Of a stretch of 47,656 nucleotides of DNA, positions 1 to 9,507 are shown one piece after another. This DNA comes from a virus (Duplodnaviria > Caudoviricetes): the IMG/VR virus record IMGVR_UViG_3300037419_001718, positions 1-47,656 of that record, one strand, 5' to 3'. The translations under genes were made by a program, and so were the position numbers. Position 1 is the stretch's first letter. Each line of letters starts with the position of its first letter. The notes beneath the pieces are model-generated. The model searched no databases and had not been told where the DNA came from. It saw nothing but the letters and a program-made list of their open reading frames with translations.

Positions 1-232
1 CGGGACCTGAGTTCGTCCGGGGACACGTCGTTGGACAGGAACTGGTTGAAGTCGGCGGGCTGGTCGTAGAAGGAGCTGGGCAGCCCGTAGGACTGCAGCA
101 CCTGCCGGTAGGCGTTCTCGGTGGCGATGTACTCCGCCGGGCTCAGCGCGGCCAGGCCCGCCTTGATGCGGGCCTCGTTGGCCGAGAACCGCTGCTTGTA
201 GGCGTCGGTCTGCTGCAGCTGCAGGGTGATCG
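1..232. repeat. Terminal direct repeat copy 1 (circular overlap)
   Basis: Identical to 47425-47656 except C105 vs T47529. Confidence 0.97.
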
Positions 233-362
233 CGTCCGAGCCGAGGCCCTGCCGGATCAGGTCGTTGACCGTTCCGGCCAGCGAGTCCAGGCCCCACGCC
301 TTGAGCTGCTGCTGGATGATCTGGCTGGCGGTCTGCTGGTCCGGGTTGAGCGGCGCGGTCAC
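1..362 (-). CDS. 5' part of a junction-spanning virion (putative ejection) protein, about 278 aa when joined to 47424..46950
   Basis: GTG at 362 overlaps the TGA of 359..1240; reads VTAPLNPDQQTASQIIQQQLKAWGLDSL... in frame into the repeat and continues as ORF 46950..47525. Confidence 0.8.
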   Translation of the reverse strand, partial: MTAPLNPDQQTASQIIQQQLKAWGLDSLAGTVNDLIRQGLGSDAITLQLQQTDAYKQRFSANEARIKAGLAALSPAEYIATENAYRQVLQSYGLPSSFYDQPADFNQFLSNDVSPDELRS

Positions 363-1240
363 TGGGCCCCCGTGAAGCCGAAGTCCTTACCGATCTGCGC
401 CAGGGTGCTCATCGCGTCGGTCTTGGCCTGCGTGGTCTTGTCGTAGCGCGGGTCGGTCTTGAGGGTCTGGGTGAACTGCCACAGCGGCTGGGTGGCCGCC
501 GTGCCGTCCTTGTTGCGCTGCTGCAGCGCCTTCTGCACGTACGGGTCGGTGATCTTGATGGCGGTCTCGGGCAGCTCCAGCGTCTGCGCCATCGTCGAGA
601 TGTACGGGTCGGCGATGTCGCGCACCGTCATGCCCGCGTCGATCTGGTCGGCCAGCTGCGGGTAGGTGGCCTTGGCCCGCGCCCGCATCAGGTTCTCGAA
701 CCCGTCGAGGGTGTCGTGCCCCGCCTCGATCGCCGTGGCCTGCAGGTTGAGGAACGCGTCGGTGTAGGGCACCCCGTAGCTCTGCGCCAGCTGCGTCATG
801 TGGTCGCGCAGGTTGGCGATCTGCCCGTGGTACGACCCGCCCGAGGTGTTGATCGACGACGACGCGGAGATCAGGTTGGACAGGACGTTGTCGTCCCACT
901 GTGGGTTGGTCGTGAGGTTCTGGTAGGCCAGCGAGTTCAGCTGGCCGTCGGTCAGCGTCCGGCCCAGCGCCGCCGCCTTGAGCGCCACCTGGCGCCGCGC
1001 CTGGAGCAGGTTGTTCTGGTAGGTGGCGGGCTCGGTGGCCGCCAGCACCGCCAGGTTGCGGACGGTGTCCGCGTGCTGCCGCCACCACGGCGAGGACTCG
1101 ACCTTCGCCACCAGGGCGTCCTGGGTCCAGCCGCCCTGGATCGCCTGGGTGAGGAAGCTCTTGAGTTCGGGGATGTTGTTGGCGATCTGGTAGACGTAGC
1201 CGTAGGAGGCCAACGCCTGCTCTGTGGAGATGGCGGGCAA
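359..1240 (-). CDS. Putative internal virion/ejection protein, 293 aa
   Basis: AGGAGG RBS, Q/A/T-rich helical protein in the portal-to-scaffold block. Confidence 0.6.
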   Translation of the reverse strand: MPAISTEQALASYGYVYQIANNIPELKSFLTQAIQGGWTQDALVAKVESSPWWRQHADTVRNLAVLAATEPATYQNNLLQARRQVALKAAALGRTLTDGQLNSLAYQNLTTNPQWDDNVLSNLISASSSINTSGGSYHGQIANLRDHMTQLAQSYGVPYTDAFLNLQATAIEAGHDTLDGFENLMRARAKATYPQLADQIDAGMTVRDIADPYISTMAQTLELPETAIKITDPYVQKALQQRNKDGTAATQPLWQFTQTLKTDPRYDKTTQAKTDAMSTLAQIGKDFGFTGAQ

Positions 1241-1249
1241 CGATCCTCC

Positions 1250-2122
1250 TTAGATCGGCCGGTTGCCGTGCCCGATGACCGGGTGCACGACGCCGGTGAT
1301 CGGGGCCAGCGGCGGAGTGGAGATCGGCGCCGAGTACGACGGGCTGTACGGCCGCCCGTTGTAGGAGACCGCCGTGCCGGTCGGGGTCGCGGTCATGCCG
1401 AACAGGTCGTCGTCGAACAGCCGCCGGATCGAGGTGGGGTGCCCGATCGAGGACACCCGCACGTGGTCGCCGGACTGCGGCGCCTGGATCATCTGGCCGT
1501 TGCCGATGTAGATGCCCACGTGGTCGGTGTCGCCGGGCTCGTCGTAGTAGATGATGTCGCCCGGCCGGGCCTCCTCCAGGGAGACCGCCTTGCCCATGTG
1601 GCCGTAGTCGACCGCGCGGTAGCGGGGCATCTTGATCCCGGCCGCGTTGAACGCGTAGTAGAGCAGCCCGCTGCAGTCCACGCCGTTGGCGCTGGTGCCG
1701 CCCCACACGTAGGGGACCGCCCGCTGGGCCAGCGTCATCGCCGCCTGGATCGCCTTGCCGATCTGGCCGGTGGCGTTGCCCAGGGTCTGCCCGTCGTTGG
1801 TGAGCGTGGGGCCCTTGGCGTTGGCCTGCTGCTCCTCCAGCTTGGAGGCGTCCGAGTCGCCCTTGGCCTTGCCGTAGCCGTCGAAGAACAGCGTGTTCGG
1901 CTCGAACGCCTGCAGGCCCCGGCCGTAGGGGTTGGGCACGCCCACCCGCTGCTGGCTGTAGCTGCCCGGGTTGGGGATGTTGGTGGTGTCCTGGTCGGAC
2001 GCGAGCCGCATCGCCATGTCCAGGCGCTGCCGGGGGCTCATGCCGACCGTCATCCCGTTGACCGAGTCGGCCGCGTTGCTGTTGAGGGCGGAGAGGAGGG
2101 TCTGGTCGGCGGGGCTGGTCAT
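1250..2122 (-). CDS. Virion-associated NlpC/P60 peptidoglycan endopeptidase
   Basis: PYVWGG...GVDCSGL (catalytic Cys), RPGDIIYY, DHVGIYIGNGQMIQAP motifs. Confidence 0.92.
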   Translation of the reverse strand: MTSPADQTLLSALNSNAADSVNGMTVGMSPRQRLDMAMRLASDQDTTNIPNPGSYSQQRVGVPNPYGRGLQAFEPNTLFFDGYGKAKGDSDASKLEEQQANAKGPTLTNDGQTLGNATGQIGKAIQAAMTLAQRAVPYVWGGTSANGVDCSGLLYYAFNAAGIKMPRYRAVDYGHMGKAVSLEEARPGDIIYYDEPGDTDHVGIYIGNGQMIQAPQSGDHVRVSSIGHPTSIRRLFDDDLFGMTATPTGTAVSYNGRPYSPSYSAPISTPPLAPITGVVHPVIGHGNRPI

Positions 2123-3426
2123 CCATCAAGTCCGAACAGGCGGCGGAGCCCGGAGCCGTACTGCGCGACCGCGTAGTTGGCCTGCTCCTGGGCGTACTGC
2201 GGGCTGTTGAGCGCGGCCATCACCTGGCCGGTGTCCGAGGGCAGGGTGATCGAGTAGCTGCCGCCCTGCCGCCCCTGCGCGTCGGCCGAGTCGTAGGCCG
2301 AGGACTCCAGGGAGTGGAAGTGGTCGGCGATCTTCTGCGCCTCGGCGTCGGTGAGCTTGCGGCCCAGCGCGGTCTGCGCGGCGGACTGCGCCTCGGCGAC
2401 GATCTGGGTCGGGTCGGTGTAGTGCCGGGCGATCGGCGTGTACGCCTGTGCCCGCGCCTTCTCCTGCAGCGCCTTGTTCGCCGTGGCCCGCTTGTTCAGC
2501 ACGTCCTGCAGCGTGGTCAGCGCGCCCTCCTCGGTGCCGCCGCTGTTCAGCACCGCCGTCTCCAGCGCGGCCTGGGTGAACGCGTCGCCGACCGCCGAGG
2601 AGTACGGGCCGCCGGAGACCGCGTAGTGCGAGTCGTCCAGGTAGCCCGCGTCGTGCAGCTGGTCGACCATGTGCGCGTACGCCTGCGGGTCCTTCACCGA
2701 CAGGTTGGCCAGCCAGGTCAGCCCGTTCTGGATGGTGAGCTGGTTCTGCCCGGTGGCCGTGGTGTTGGCCTGCTGGCTGTACTCGCCCGCGCTGGCCGGG
2801 TTGAGCGCGCCGGGCCGGACCGGCGTGTAGTTCGGGAACGCCCCGCCCGGCATCGCCGAGGTGGCCGTCGGGTTGAACACGTCGGTCCGGCCGCGCGTCA
2901 TCAGGAACGGCGTGTTCGCGTGGTCCCCGATCGACTGGCTGTCCAGCAGGTCGAACGCGGTGGGCAGGGCCACCTGCGTCTTGTTGCCGTCCAGCTCCTC
3001 GGTCAGGAGCGTGGTGCCGTTCTTGTCCTCGATCGAGACGATCTTGCGGAGCTTGCCGTCGACCCAGACCATGCCGCCGGAGTTGGCCTGGTCGATCAGC
3101 GCCTGCCGCTGGGCCGCCTTGGCCTTCGCCGCCGCCGTCCTCGCCTGCGCGTCGGCCTTCGCCTTGGCCTCGATGGCCGCCTGCGCGGACTGCTGCTCCT
3201 GGGTGGCCTTGAGCCCCCCGGCAACACTCTGCCCGAAGGAGGACTCGGGCTGAGTGTTGCGCGGGGAGCCGGGCATGAACCGGCCGGGGTCGGGGCTGTC
3301 GACCGTCTGGCCCTGCTGGTCGACGAAGTACGCGACCTTGCCCTTGTCGTCCTTGACCGGCTGGGGCAGCCCGGTCCTCTTGGCCTCCTTGACCGCCTTG
3401 TCGAAGGCCGCGCGGGTGACGCTCAC
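2119..3426 (-). CDS. Putative internal virion protein, 435 aa
   Basis: Overlapping stop/start coupling with neighbours; Ala/Gln-rich coiled segments. Confidence 0.6.
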   Translation of the reverse strand: MSVTRAAFDKAVKEAKRTGLPQPVKDDKGKVAYFVDQQGQTVDSPDPGRFMPGSPRNTQPESSFGQSVAGGLKATQEQQSAQAAIEAKAKADAQARTAAAKAKAAQRQALIDQANSGGMVWVDGKLRKIVSIEDKNGTTLLTEELDGNKTQVALPTAFDLLDSQSIGDHANTPFLMTRGRTDVFNPTATSAMPGGAFPNYTPVRPGALNPASAGEYSQQANTTATGQNQLTIQNGLTWLANLSVKDPQAYAHMVDQLHDAGYLDDSHYAVSGGPYSSAVGDAFTQAALETAVLNSGGTEEGALTTLQDVLNKRATANKALQEKARAQAYTPIARHYTDPTQIVAEAQSAAQTALGRKLTDAEAQKIADHFHSLESSAYDSADAQGRQGGSYSITLPSDTGQVMAALNSPQYAQEQANYAVAQYGSGLRRLFGLDG

Positions 3427-3433
3427 GTCGCTC

Positions 3434-6400
3434 CTAGTCCGGCAGTCGGAACACCCCGCGCGCCAGGTCGGCCAGCTCGGGGAACAGAGCGTTCGGCCCG
3501 CCCGCCAGGCGCTGCACGGTGTCGGTGTAGGTGGTCTTGAGGTCGTTCTTGAGCCGGATGGCGTGGTTGGACCGGGAATCCCCGAGCTGATCCACGCCCG
3601 CCTGGTACTCCTCGCGCGCCTGCAGCAGGGCCAGCAGGCCCTCCCGGTTGGCGCCGAGGGCCTTGAGCGTGGACCGGGAGGTGTCCTTGGCCATGCGGGT
3701 CAGCTGCTCGATGGCCTGGCCGGTCAGCGCGTTGTCCGTGGCGTACTCGGAGAACTTCTTGGCCAGCAGCGGATTGCCCGCCATCAGGTCCTGCTTGGCC
3801 GCCGCCCACTCGTCGTCCAGCTGCGCGACCGCCGCCCGCGCCCCGGCCGCGACCAGCGACGCCCGCTGGGCGTCGTACTGGTCCTTGGCCTTGAAGTAGG
3901 CGTCGGCGCCGCGCTGGGTGACGATGTCCTCGAAGAACTGGTCGAGGGACTTGTAGTCGCGGATGCCCATCTCCAGCTGCGCCCGGTAGGCAACGTCGCT
4001 GTACTGCCCGTCGGTCGAGCCCTGCGGCGGGCTGGACGGCAGGAAGTACGCGGCCACGCCGCCCCGGCCGCCGTAGCCGTTGGCGCCGGTGCCGAAGAAG
4101 TCGGTGTTCTGCTCCATGTACCGGGCCGCGACCACCGTCGCCGGGGCCGTGGCCTTGGCCGTGGTGACCTCGGTCTTGGAGCCGCCCTCCACGTACACCA
4201 GCTCGCCGGGGTGCAGCTTCTGCCACAGCGCCAGCGCCTTCTCGTAGCCGACGTCGGCGATCAGCTTGTTCGCCTCGTCCTTGAGGCTGTGCAGCCCGAT
4301 CAGGTGCGCCGACCAGTCCGGCGCCGAGCCGTGCCCGGGGCCGAGGTCCCGGCCGCCGGACGCCTGCGGGTCCAGCGTCGGGGCGGCCGGAAGGGCCAGC
4401 CCGAACAGCGCGGTGAACGCCAGGTTGTTGCGGATGGAGACGGCCAGCTTGTGCTGGAAGTCCGCCTTGCCCTGCGCGGTCTGCAGCTGCTGGTCGTCGA
4501 TCTGCCCGGCGGCCTCCATGTTGGCCAGGGCCTGCATGTAGGCCTGGCCGTACTTGGACGCCGGGTCGTCGCGGACCAGCCCGGAGATGATCCGGTTGGC
4601 CCAGGACGGCAGCATCTGCTCGTACCACGCCCGGCCCGCCCCGAGCTGACCGTTGACCGCCTGGTCCAGGGAGGACTTGAGCAGCGCGTGGTCGTTGCCC
4701 ATCAGCGAGGTCAGGGCCTTGAACGGGATGGACAGCAGGGGCGTGGCCGACAGCCCGATCGGGTTGTCCAGCGACGGGTTGAGGAACATCACCTGGCTGG
4801 TCAGCTCCCCGTTCATGGGGACGCTGGCCGCGCCGGGGATGACCTTGTTCAGCACGCCGAGCATCAGCCGCGAGCCCGGGTAGACGAACATCAGGTTGCC
4901 GGTGTCGTCCTGCTCGACCAGGCCCATCGACTCCGCGCCGTGGATGGCCAGCTGGGCCTCGCGGATGATCTGCGGGTTGTCCCGCAGGGTCCGCCCCCAG
5001 CGCCGCAGCCAGTCCTCCTGGGCCCTCACGAACGCGAAGTAGTTGCGCCCGATCAGGGAGAACTGGCTGGCCACGTACGGGTTGTCGATGTGCTTGAACG
5101 CCTCGTCCTGCGCGTGCTGCAGCGCGATGCGCTGCACGACCGCGTCGGCCGCCTCCTCCGACCCCGGCCCCCACTTCTCGACGAGGGCGTTGCGGTAGGG
5201 CAGGGTGTTCTTCCGCGCGTTGTAGTACAGCGCGGTCATCAGCGGGTTGCGGGACAGCGCGTTGATCTGGTCGGTGACGACCTTGTCGTAGGCCTTGGTG
5301 AGCATCTGGGTGTAGCCGCGCGGGAACGAGCCCGGCGGGTGCGCCCGGTTGTACGGGCCCCACAGCTGGCCGATGGTCTTGGCGGGGCGGACGTCGGGCG
5401 TGGTGTTGATGGCCAGCCAGGTGCGGTCCGGCACCAGGCCGTCGGTGCCCGACTTGGCCAGCCGGTCCAGCAGCTCGGGCTGGATCACCGGCCCGGCCTC
5501 GCCCTGGTGCGCCAGGCCCTGCAGCAGGTCGGCCGACACCCGGTCGGCGTACTCGTCCTTGGCCTGCGCCAGCAGCGCCGGGTTGTCCAGGGTGGAGTCC
5601 CCGGCCCGGGTCTGCTTGAACACCTCCGCCTGGTTGACGAAGTGCCGCAGCTCGTCCTTGTCCAGGTGGTCGCGGACCGCCGCCTTCGCCGCCGCCAGCG
5701 CCGTCTGGTCGATGACCTCGCCGGGCTGGGTGTAGCTCTTGACCGCCTGCACCCACGCGTGCGCGGGGGACAGGTCGTCGTTGAACCGCAGCTGCAGGTA
5801 CTTCGCCCAGGCGTCGAGCCCGGCGCCGCCGTCGGTCTCCACCTCGCCGTAGCCCTCGTAGGGCCGCACGTACGCGTACTTGCGCGCCGCGATCCCGGCC
5901 CGGTGCAGGTCCATCGCGTAGTCGTCGGAGGCCATCAGCTTGGCCGAGTCGTTGAAGTGCGACTGGAACACGCCCTCGCGGAGCACCTGGCCCCACTCGT
6001 TGTTCACCAGCTCCTGGGCGACCTTGACCATCTCCGGGTCGATCGCCCACGACTTGCGGAACGACATCAGCTTGCCGAGCGCCGACCCGATCAACACGTC
6101 GTTGATGTGGTCGGCGGCGCCGCGCAGGATCAGCGGCACCCGGTACTTGATCGCGGCCTCCAGGTTCTGCGCCTTGCGCAGCTCCTCCTTGGACTCCGCG
6201 AGCTGCCGCTCCGCCTTGTCGACGGTGAGCACGCCCTTGGCGTCCAGCTGGGCCTGCACGGCCGCGCGGGCCTCGTCCGGGGTCGGCTTGTAGAACTCCG
6301 AGTCGCGGACGTTCTGCAGCCGCTCCCGGTCGGCGATGACCTTCTGCTTGCGCGCGAGCGCGTTGCGGGTGTCCTCGATCTGGGACTCCAGCGCGTCCCG

Positions 6401-9067
6401 GCTGTCGCGCAGCGACTTCTCGGCGACGGCCGGGTTCGGCCCCATCGACTCCAGCAGCGCCTTGTGCTGGGCGGTCTGGGTGCGCAGCTTCTGCTGCAGG
6501 GAGTCGGCCTGGTCGAGCAGCTCGTTGTGCCGGGCGTCCCACAGGCCGGGCGCGTTGTCCAGCTGGAGCTGCCCTGCCTGGGCCTGCTCCAGGGCGCGCT
6601 GCGCCTCCTCGTGGGTCTCGACGTTCTTGCCGACCGACTGGCTGAGCTTGAGGTTCAGCGCGTCGCGGTTGCCGCCCGCGCCCGCCAGCATCTCCCGGTA
6701 GCGCAGCGAGTCCGCCCGCCGGGCGGCCCGCAGCTCCTTGGTCGCCTGGGTGAACGCCACCCGGCCCTGGAGGTACTGGCGGCCCAGGCCGGTCGCGGCG
6801 AAGTTCGCCACCTCGTCGAGGGCGTTGCGCAGACCACCGGCGATCGTGGTGATCCAGCCCATCTTGATGGTGCCGAGCACCGCGTCGGCGAAGTTCCCGG
6901 TGGCCAGCGAGTGGAAGCTGGCCAGGCCGGTGCGCCGGGCGAACCCGGACACGGCGAACTTGGCGGCCTTGTGCGTCATCTCCCGCATCGACGGGATGAA
7001 AATCTTGGTCGACAGCTGGTTGGGGTACAGCGCCGCCTCGACCATCTGGCCGTTGCGGTTGACCAGGCTCTCGCCGTTGAGCGCGTACTGCTGCCGGGCG
7101 CCGTCGACCTCGCCGAGGAACTGCTCCATCCACTTCTGCCCCTCCTCGGTCCGGGCGATGCCGGAGGCGTGGAAGGACTGGGTGAGCACGCCCTTGGCGA
7201 TCTGCCGCCGGGTGGCCAGGTCGCCGAGCTGGTAGGCGGAGGCCAGCCGCGCGGACTCGCCCTTGTTGAGGTAGACGCGGGCGACCTGCTCGATCAGCTT
7301 GGCGGAGCCGGAATCGTTGAGGTCGATGTGCGTGACGGTCGGGATCAGCGTGGTGAACCGGCGGCTGATCCGGTCGGCCTTCGCGCGAGCGATCCGCGCG
7401 GCGTCGCCGAACTGCAGGGTCAGCGCCTTGCCCAGCGCGGAGTGCGCGGTCAGCGCGTGCTGCTGGCGGCCCAGGGACGCCATCGCGTCCAGGAACGGCT
7501 GCTCGCCCTCGTTGGGCACCAGGTTGGTGCCGGTGTAGTCCAGCCACTTGACCCGCCGGGCGGAGGCCTTCGCGGCGTGCGTCTCGACCGCCGCGCGGCG
7601 CTCGGCCCACAGCGAGAGGCGGCCGGGCATCACCGGCGTGCGCAGCGCGGCGAAGCCGGAGTGCAGCCGCAGCAGGCCGTTGGTCTGGGTCAGGTACTCG
7701 GCCAGCTCCGGCAGCGTCTGGATCCGGCTGCCCTCGCCGGTGATCGTGCCGCCGAAGGTGGAGTTGGTGGTCAGCGAGTCGACGGCCCGCTCGGGGTTCA
7801 TCTCGATGACCTGGCGGGCGCCGGTGACCTCGTCGAGCAGCGGCATCATCGGGCCGTAGCGGTTGTTCATGGCCCGGAAGATCCCGGCCTGCTCGGCCAT
7901 CGCCTGGGTCTTGGCCGCGTCCGAGGTGGCGGTCTTGGCCCGCTCGGCGGCGGCCACGAAGTCCTGGGCGTCGTTGAGGAAGCCCTGCCACGCCCGGCCG
8001 ACCTTGGTGACCGCCTGGCCGTTGTCGTCCACCCGCAGCAGGTGCCGGACGCCGTCCATGTCGATCATGTTGTCGCCGGGCAGGACCTGCAGCCCGCGCC
8101 GCTTGTTGGCCAGCCACGGCACCGCGCCGACCACGGAGTTCGCGCCGCGCGTGAACGCCGAGGCGTCCTCGCCGACCCGGCCCAGCGCGTCCATCGCCTG
8201 GATGGCCCGGTTGGCCTTGCCGAGGATCAGCGTGGGGTCGGAGTACCAGTCGTAGGCGGCGTCGATGGTGCCGGAGACGACCTTGAAGAAGGTGTTGTTG
8301 GTGTGCCCGAAGGTGATGACCCGGGCCAGGTCGCGGCCGGGGGAGATGTGCCGCTGGTCGACCGCCGCGAAGGCGTCCTGGAAGTCCTTGGTCTGGGTGA
8401 GCTTGTTCAGCTTCTCGGCGGCGTTGGGGTCCTTGGCCTCCAGGTCCTTCCAGAAGCCCTCGGGGTCGCGCTGCATCTGGACGATCTGGTCGACCAGGTC
8501 ATCGCCGTAGGTGTCGCGGATCTTGCCCAGGTCGTGGTACTGGTTCTCGCCCTGGTTGAACATGAACGCCAGGTAGGACTTGGTCGAGTGCGGGTCGTAG
8601 CCGTCGGCCCGCATCTCGCGGTCGATCTCGTCGTCGTTGCCCAGGTCCAGCGCCGAGGACAGCAGCCGGAACGGCATGTGCGCGACGTTGCTGACGAAGT
8701 TGCCGACCTTCTCGATCGCGCCGGTCACCGGGTTGTGGAACAGGAAGTTCCCGGCGTTGGTGACGCCCTTGGCGAACCCGTCGACCGCCTGCTCCAGCCA
8801 CGAGCGGGAGTCGGCCTCCTTGGGCTTGACCTGCTCGCCGACCGCCGACAGCGCGTTGCCCTCGGCGTCGGTGTAGTTGGTCTGCGCGCCGGAGTCCCGG
8901 GCCAGCTGGTTGACCGTGGCCAGGTGCATCGCGTTGACGAACCCGCCGACCGTGGCCAGCTCGGTGTCGTCCAGGCTGGATGAGGCCAGGCTGTAGGCGA
9001 GCTGCGGCCGGTTCGTCCCGACCAGCGCAGCCGCCTGGTTCAGGCGCGTCGGGTCGGGAGTCGTCAT
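3434..9067 (-). CDS. Large (1877 aa) putative DNA ejection/internal virion protein
   Basis: Size, helical/coiled-coil composition and position in a podovirus-like structural block; no tape-measure context. Confidence 0.65.
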   Translation of the reverse strand: MTTPDPTRLNQAAALVGTNRPQLAYSLASSSLDDTELATVGGFVNAMHLATVNQLARDSGAQTNYTDAEGNALSAVGEQVKPKEADSRSWLEQAVDGFAKGVTNAGNFLFHNPVTGAIEKVGNFVSNVAHMPFRLLSSALDLGNDDEIDREMRADGYDPHSTKSYLAFMFNQGENQYHDLGKIRDTYGDDLVDQIVQMQRDPEGFWKDLEAKDPNAAEKLNKLTQTKDFQDAFAAVDQRHISPGRDLARVITFGHTNNTFFKVVSGTIDAAYDWYSDPTLILGKANRAIQAMDALGRVGEDASAFTRGANSVVGAVPWLANKRRGLQVLPGDNMIDMDGVRHLLRVDDNGQAVTKVGRAWQGFLNDAQDFVAAAERAKTATSDAAKTQAMAEQAGIFRAMNNRYGPMMPLLDEVTGARQVIEMNPERAVDSLTTNSTFGGTITGEGSRIQTLPELAEYLTQTNGLLRLHSGFAALRTPVMPGRLSLWAERRAAVETHAAKASARRVKWLDYTGTNLVPNEGEQPFLDAMASLGRQQHALTAHSALGKALTLQFGDAARIARAKADRISRRFTTLIPTVTHIDLNDSGSAKLIEQVARVYLNKGESARLASAYQLGDLATRRQIAKGVLTQSFHASGIARTEEGQKWMEQFLGEVDGARQQYALNGESLVNRNGQMVEAALYPNQLSTKIFIPSMREMTHKAAKFAVSGFARRTGLASFHSLATGNFADAVLGTIKMGWITTIAGGLRNALDEVANFAATGLGRQYLQGRVAFTQATKELRAARRADSLRYREMLAGAGGNRDALNLKLSQSVGKNVETHEEAQRALEQAQAGQLQLDNAPGLWDARHNELLDQADSLQQKLRTQTAQHKALLESMGPNPAVAEKSLRDSRDALESQIEDTRNALARKQKVIADRERLQNVRDSEFYKPTPDEARAAVQAQLDAKGVLTVDKAERQLAESKEELRKAQNLEAAIKYRVPLILRGAADHINDVLIGSALGKLMSFRKSWAIDPEMVKVAQELVNNEWGQVLREGVFQSHFNDSAKLMASDDYAMDLHRAGIAARKYAYVRPYEGYGEVETDGGAGLDAWAKYLQLRFNDDLSPAHAWVQAVKSYTQPGEVIDQTALAAAKAAVRDHLDKDELRHFVNQAEVFKQTRAGDSTLDNPALLAQAKDEYADRVSADLLQGLAHQGEAGPVIQPELLDRLAKSGTDGLVPDRTWLAINTTPDVRPAKTIGQLWGPYNRAHPPGSFPRGYTQMLTKAYDKVVTDQINALSRNPLMTALYYNARKNTLPYRNALVEKWGPGSEEAADAVVQRIALQHAQDEAFKHIDNPYVASQFSLIGRNYFAFVRAQEDWLRRWGRTLRDNPQIIREAQLAIHGAESMGLVEQDDTGNLMFVYPGSRLMLGVLNKVIPGAASVPMNGELTSQVMFLNPSLDNPIGLSATPLLSIPFKALTSLMGNDHALLKSSLDQAVNGQLGAGRAWYEQMLPSWANRIISGLVRDDPASKYGQAYMQALANMEAAGQIDDQQLQTAQGKADFQHKLAVSIRNNLAFTALFGLALPAAPTLDPQASGGRDLGPGHGSAPDWSAHLIGLHSLKDEANKLIADVGYEKALALWQKLHPGELVYVEGGSKTEVTTAKATAPATVVAARYMEQNTDFFGTGANGYGGRGGVAAYFLPSSPPQGSTDGQYSDVAYRAQLEMGIRDYKSLDQFFEDIVTQRGADAYFKAKDQYDAQRASLVAAGARAAVAQLDDEWAAAKQDLMAGNPLLAKKFSEYATDNALTGQAIEQLTRMAKDTSRSTLKALGANREGLLALLQAREEYQAGVDQLGDSRSNHAIRLKNDLKTTYTDTVQRLAGGPNALFPELADLARGVFRLPD

Positions 9068-9071
9068 CTGG

Positions 9072-9449
9072 TCAGAGCCCTCTCTGCTGGGCGGCCACCA
9101 GCAGCTGCGCCAACAGCCCGGAGGTGTCGGTCGCGGCGGCCTTGGCGATGGCCTGGGAGACGGCGCCCCCGGTGGCCGGGGCGCCCGGAGTGGCGGTCAG
9201 GATGGCGCTGGACGCGCCGGGCCCGGCGTCGGCGCCGTGCGTGACGGGCTCGGCCGGGCGCTGGGACGCGGCGGTCAGCGGGGTGATCTGCGGGGCGGCG
9301 GCCTGCGCCAGCGGCGCCCCGCGCTCGGTGTCGAGCAGCGCCTGGTTGTCCCCGTAGGGCAGCCCGGTGGGCGCGCGGAGCGGCTGCCGGTCGGTGCGCT
9401 GGGACAGCGGGCCGGGGCCGGACACCCCGACCGGGTCGGGCATGGTCAT
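9072..9449 (-). CDS. Small Pro/Ala-rich virion protein after portal
   Basis: ORF between portal and giant protein, VSGPGPLSQRTD...GLPYGDNQ. Confidence 0.6.
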   Translation of the reverse strand: MTMPDPVGVSGPGPLSQRTDRQPLRAPTGLPYGDNQALLDTERGAPLAQAAAPQITPLTAASQRPAEPVTHGADAGPGASSAILTATPGAPATGGAVSQAIAKAAATDTSGLLAQLLVAAQQRGL

Positions 9450-9507
9450 GGATCGCTCCGAGCTATGCGTGCGATGAATGGATGGGCGTCCAACATCTAT
9501 CCGCGCA

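Noticed and set aside
1-232. Terminal repeat as a biological T7-like direct terminal repeat
   Set aside because: Falls in the middle of a structural CDS; best explained as assembly circularisation overlap
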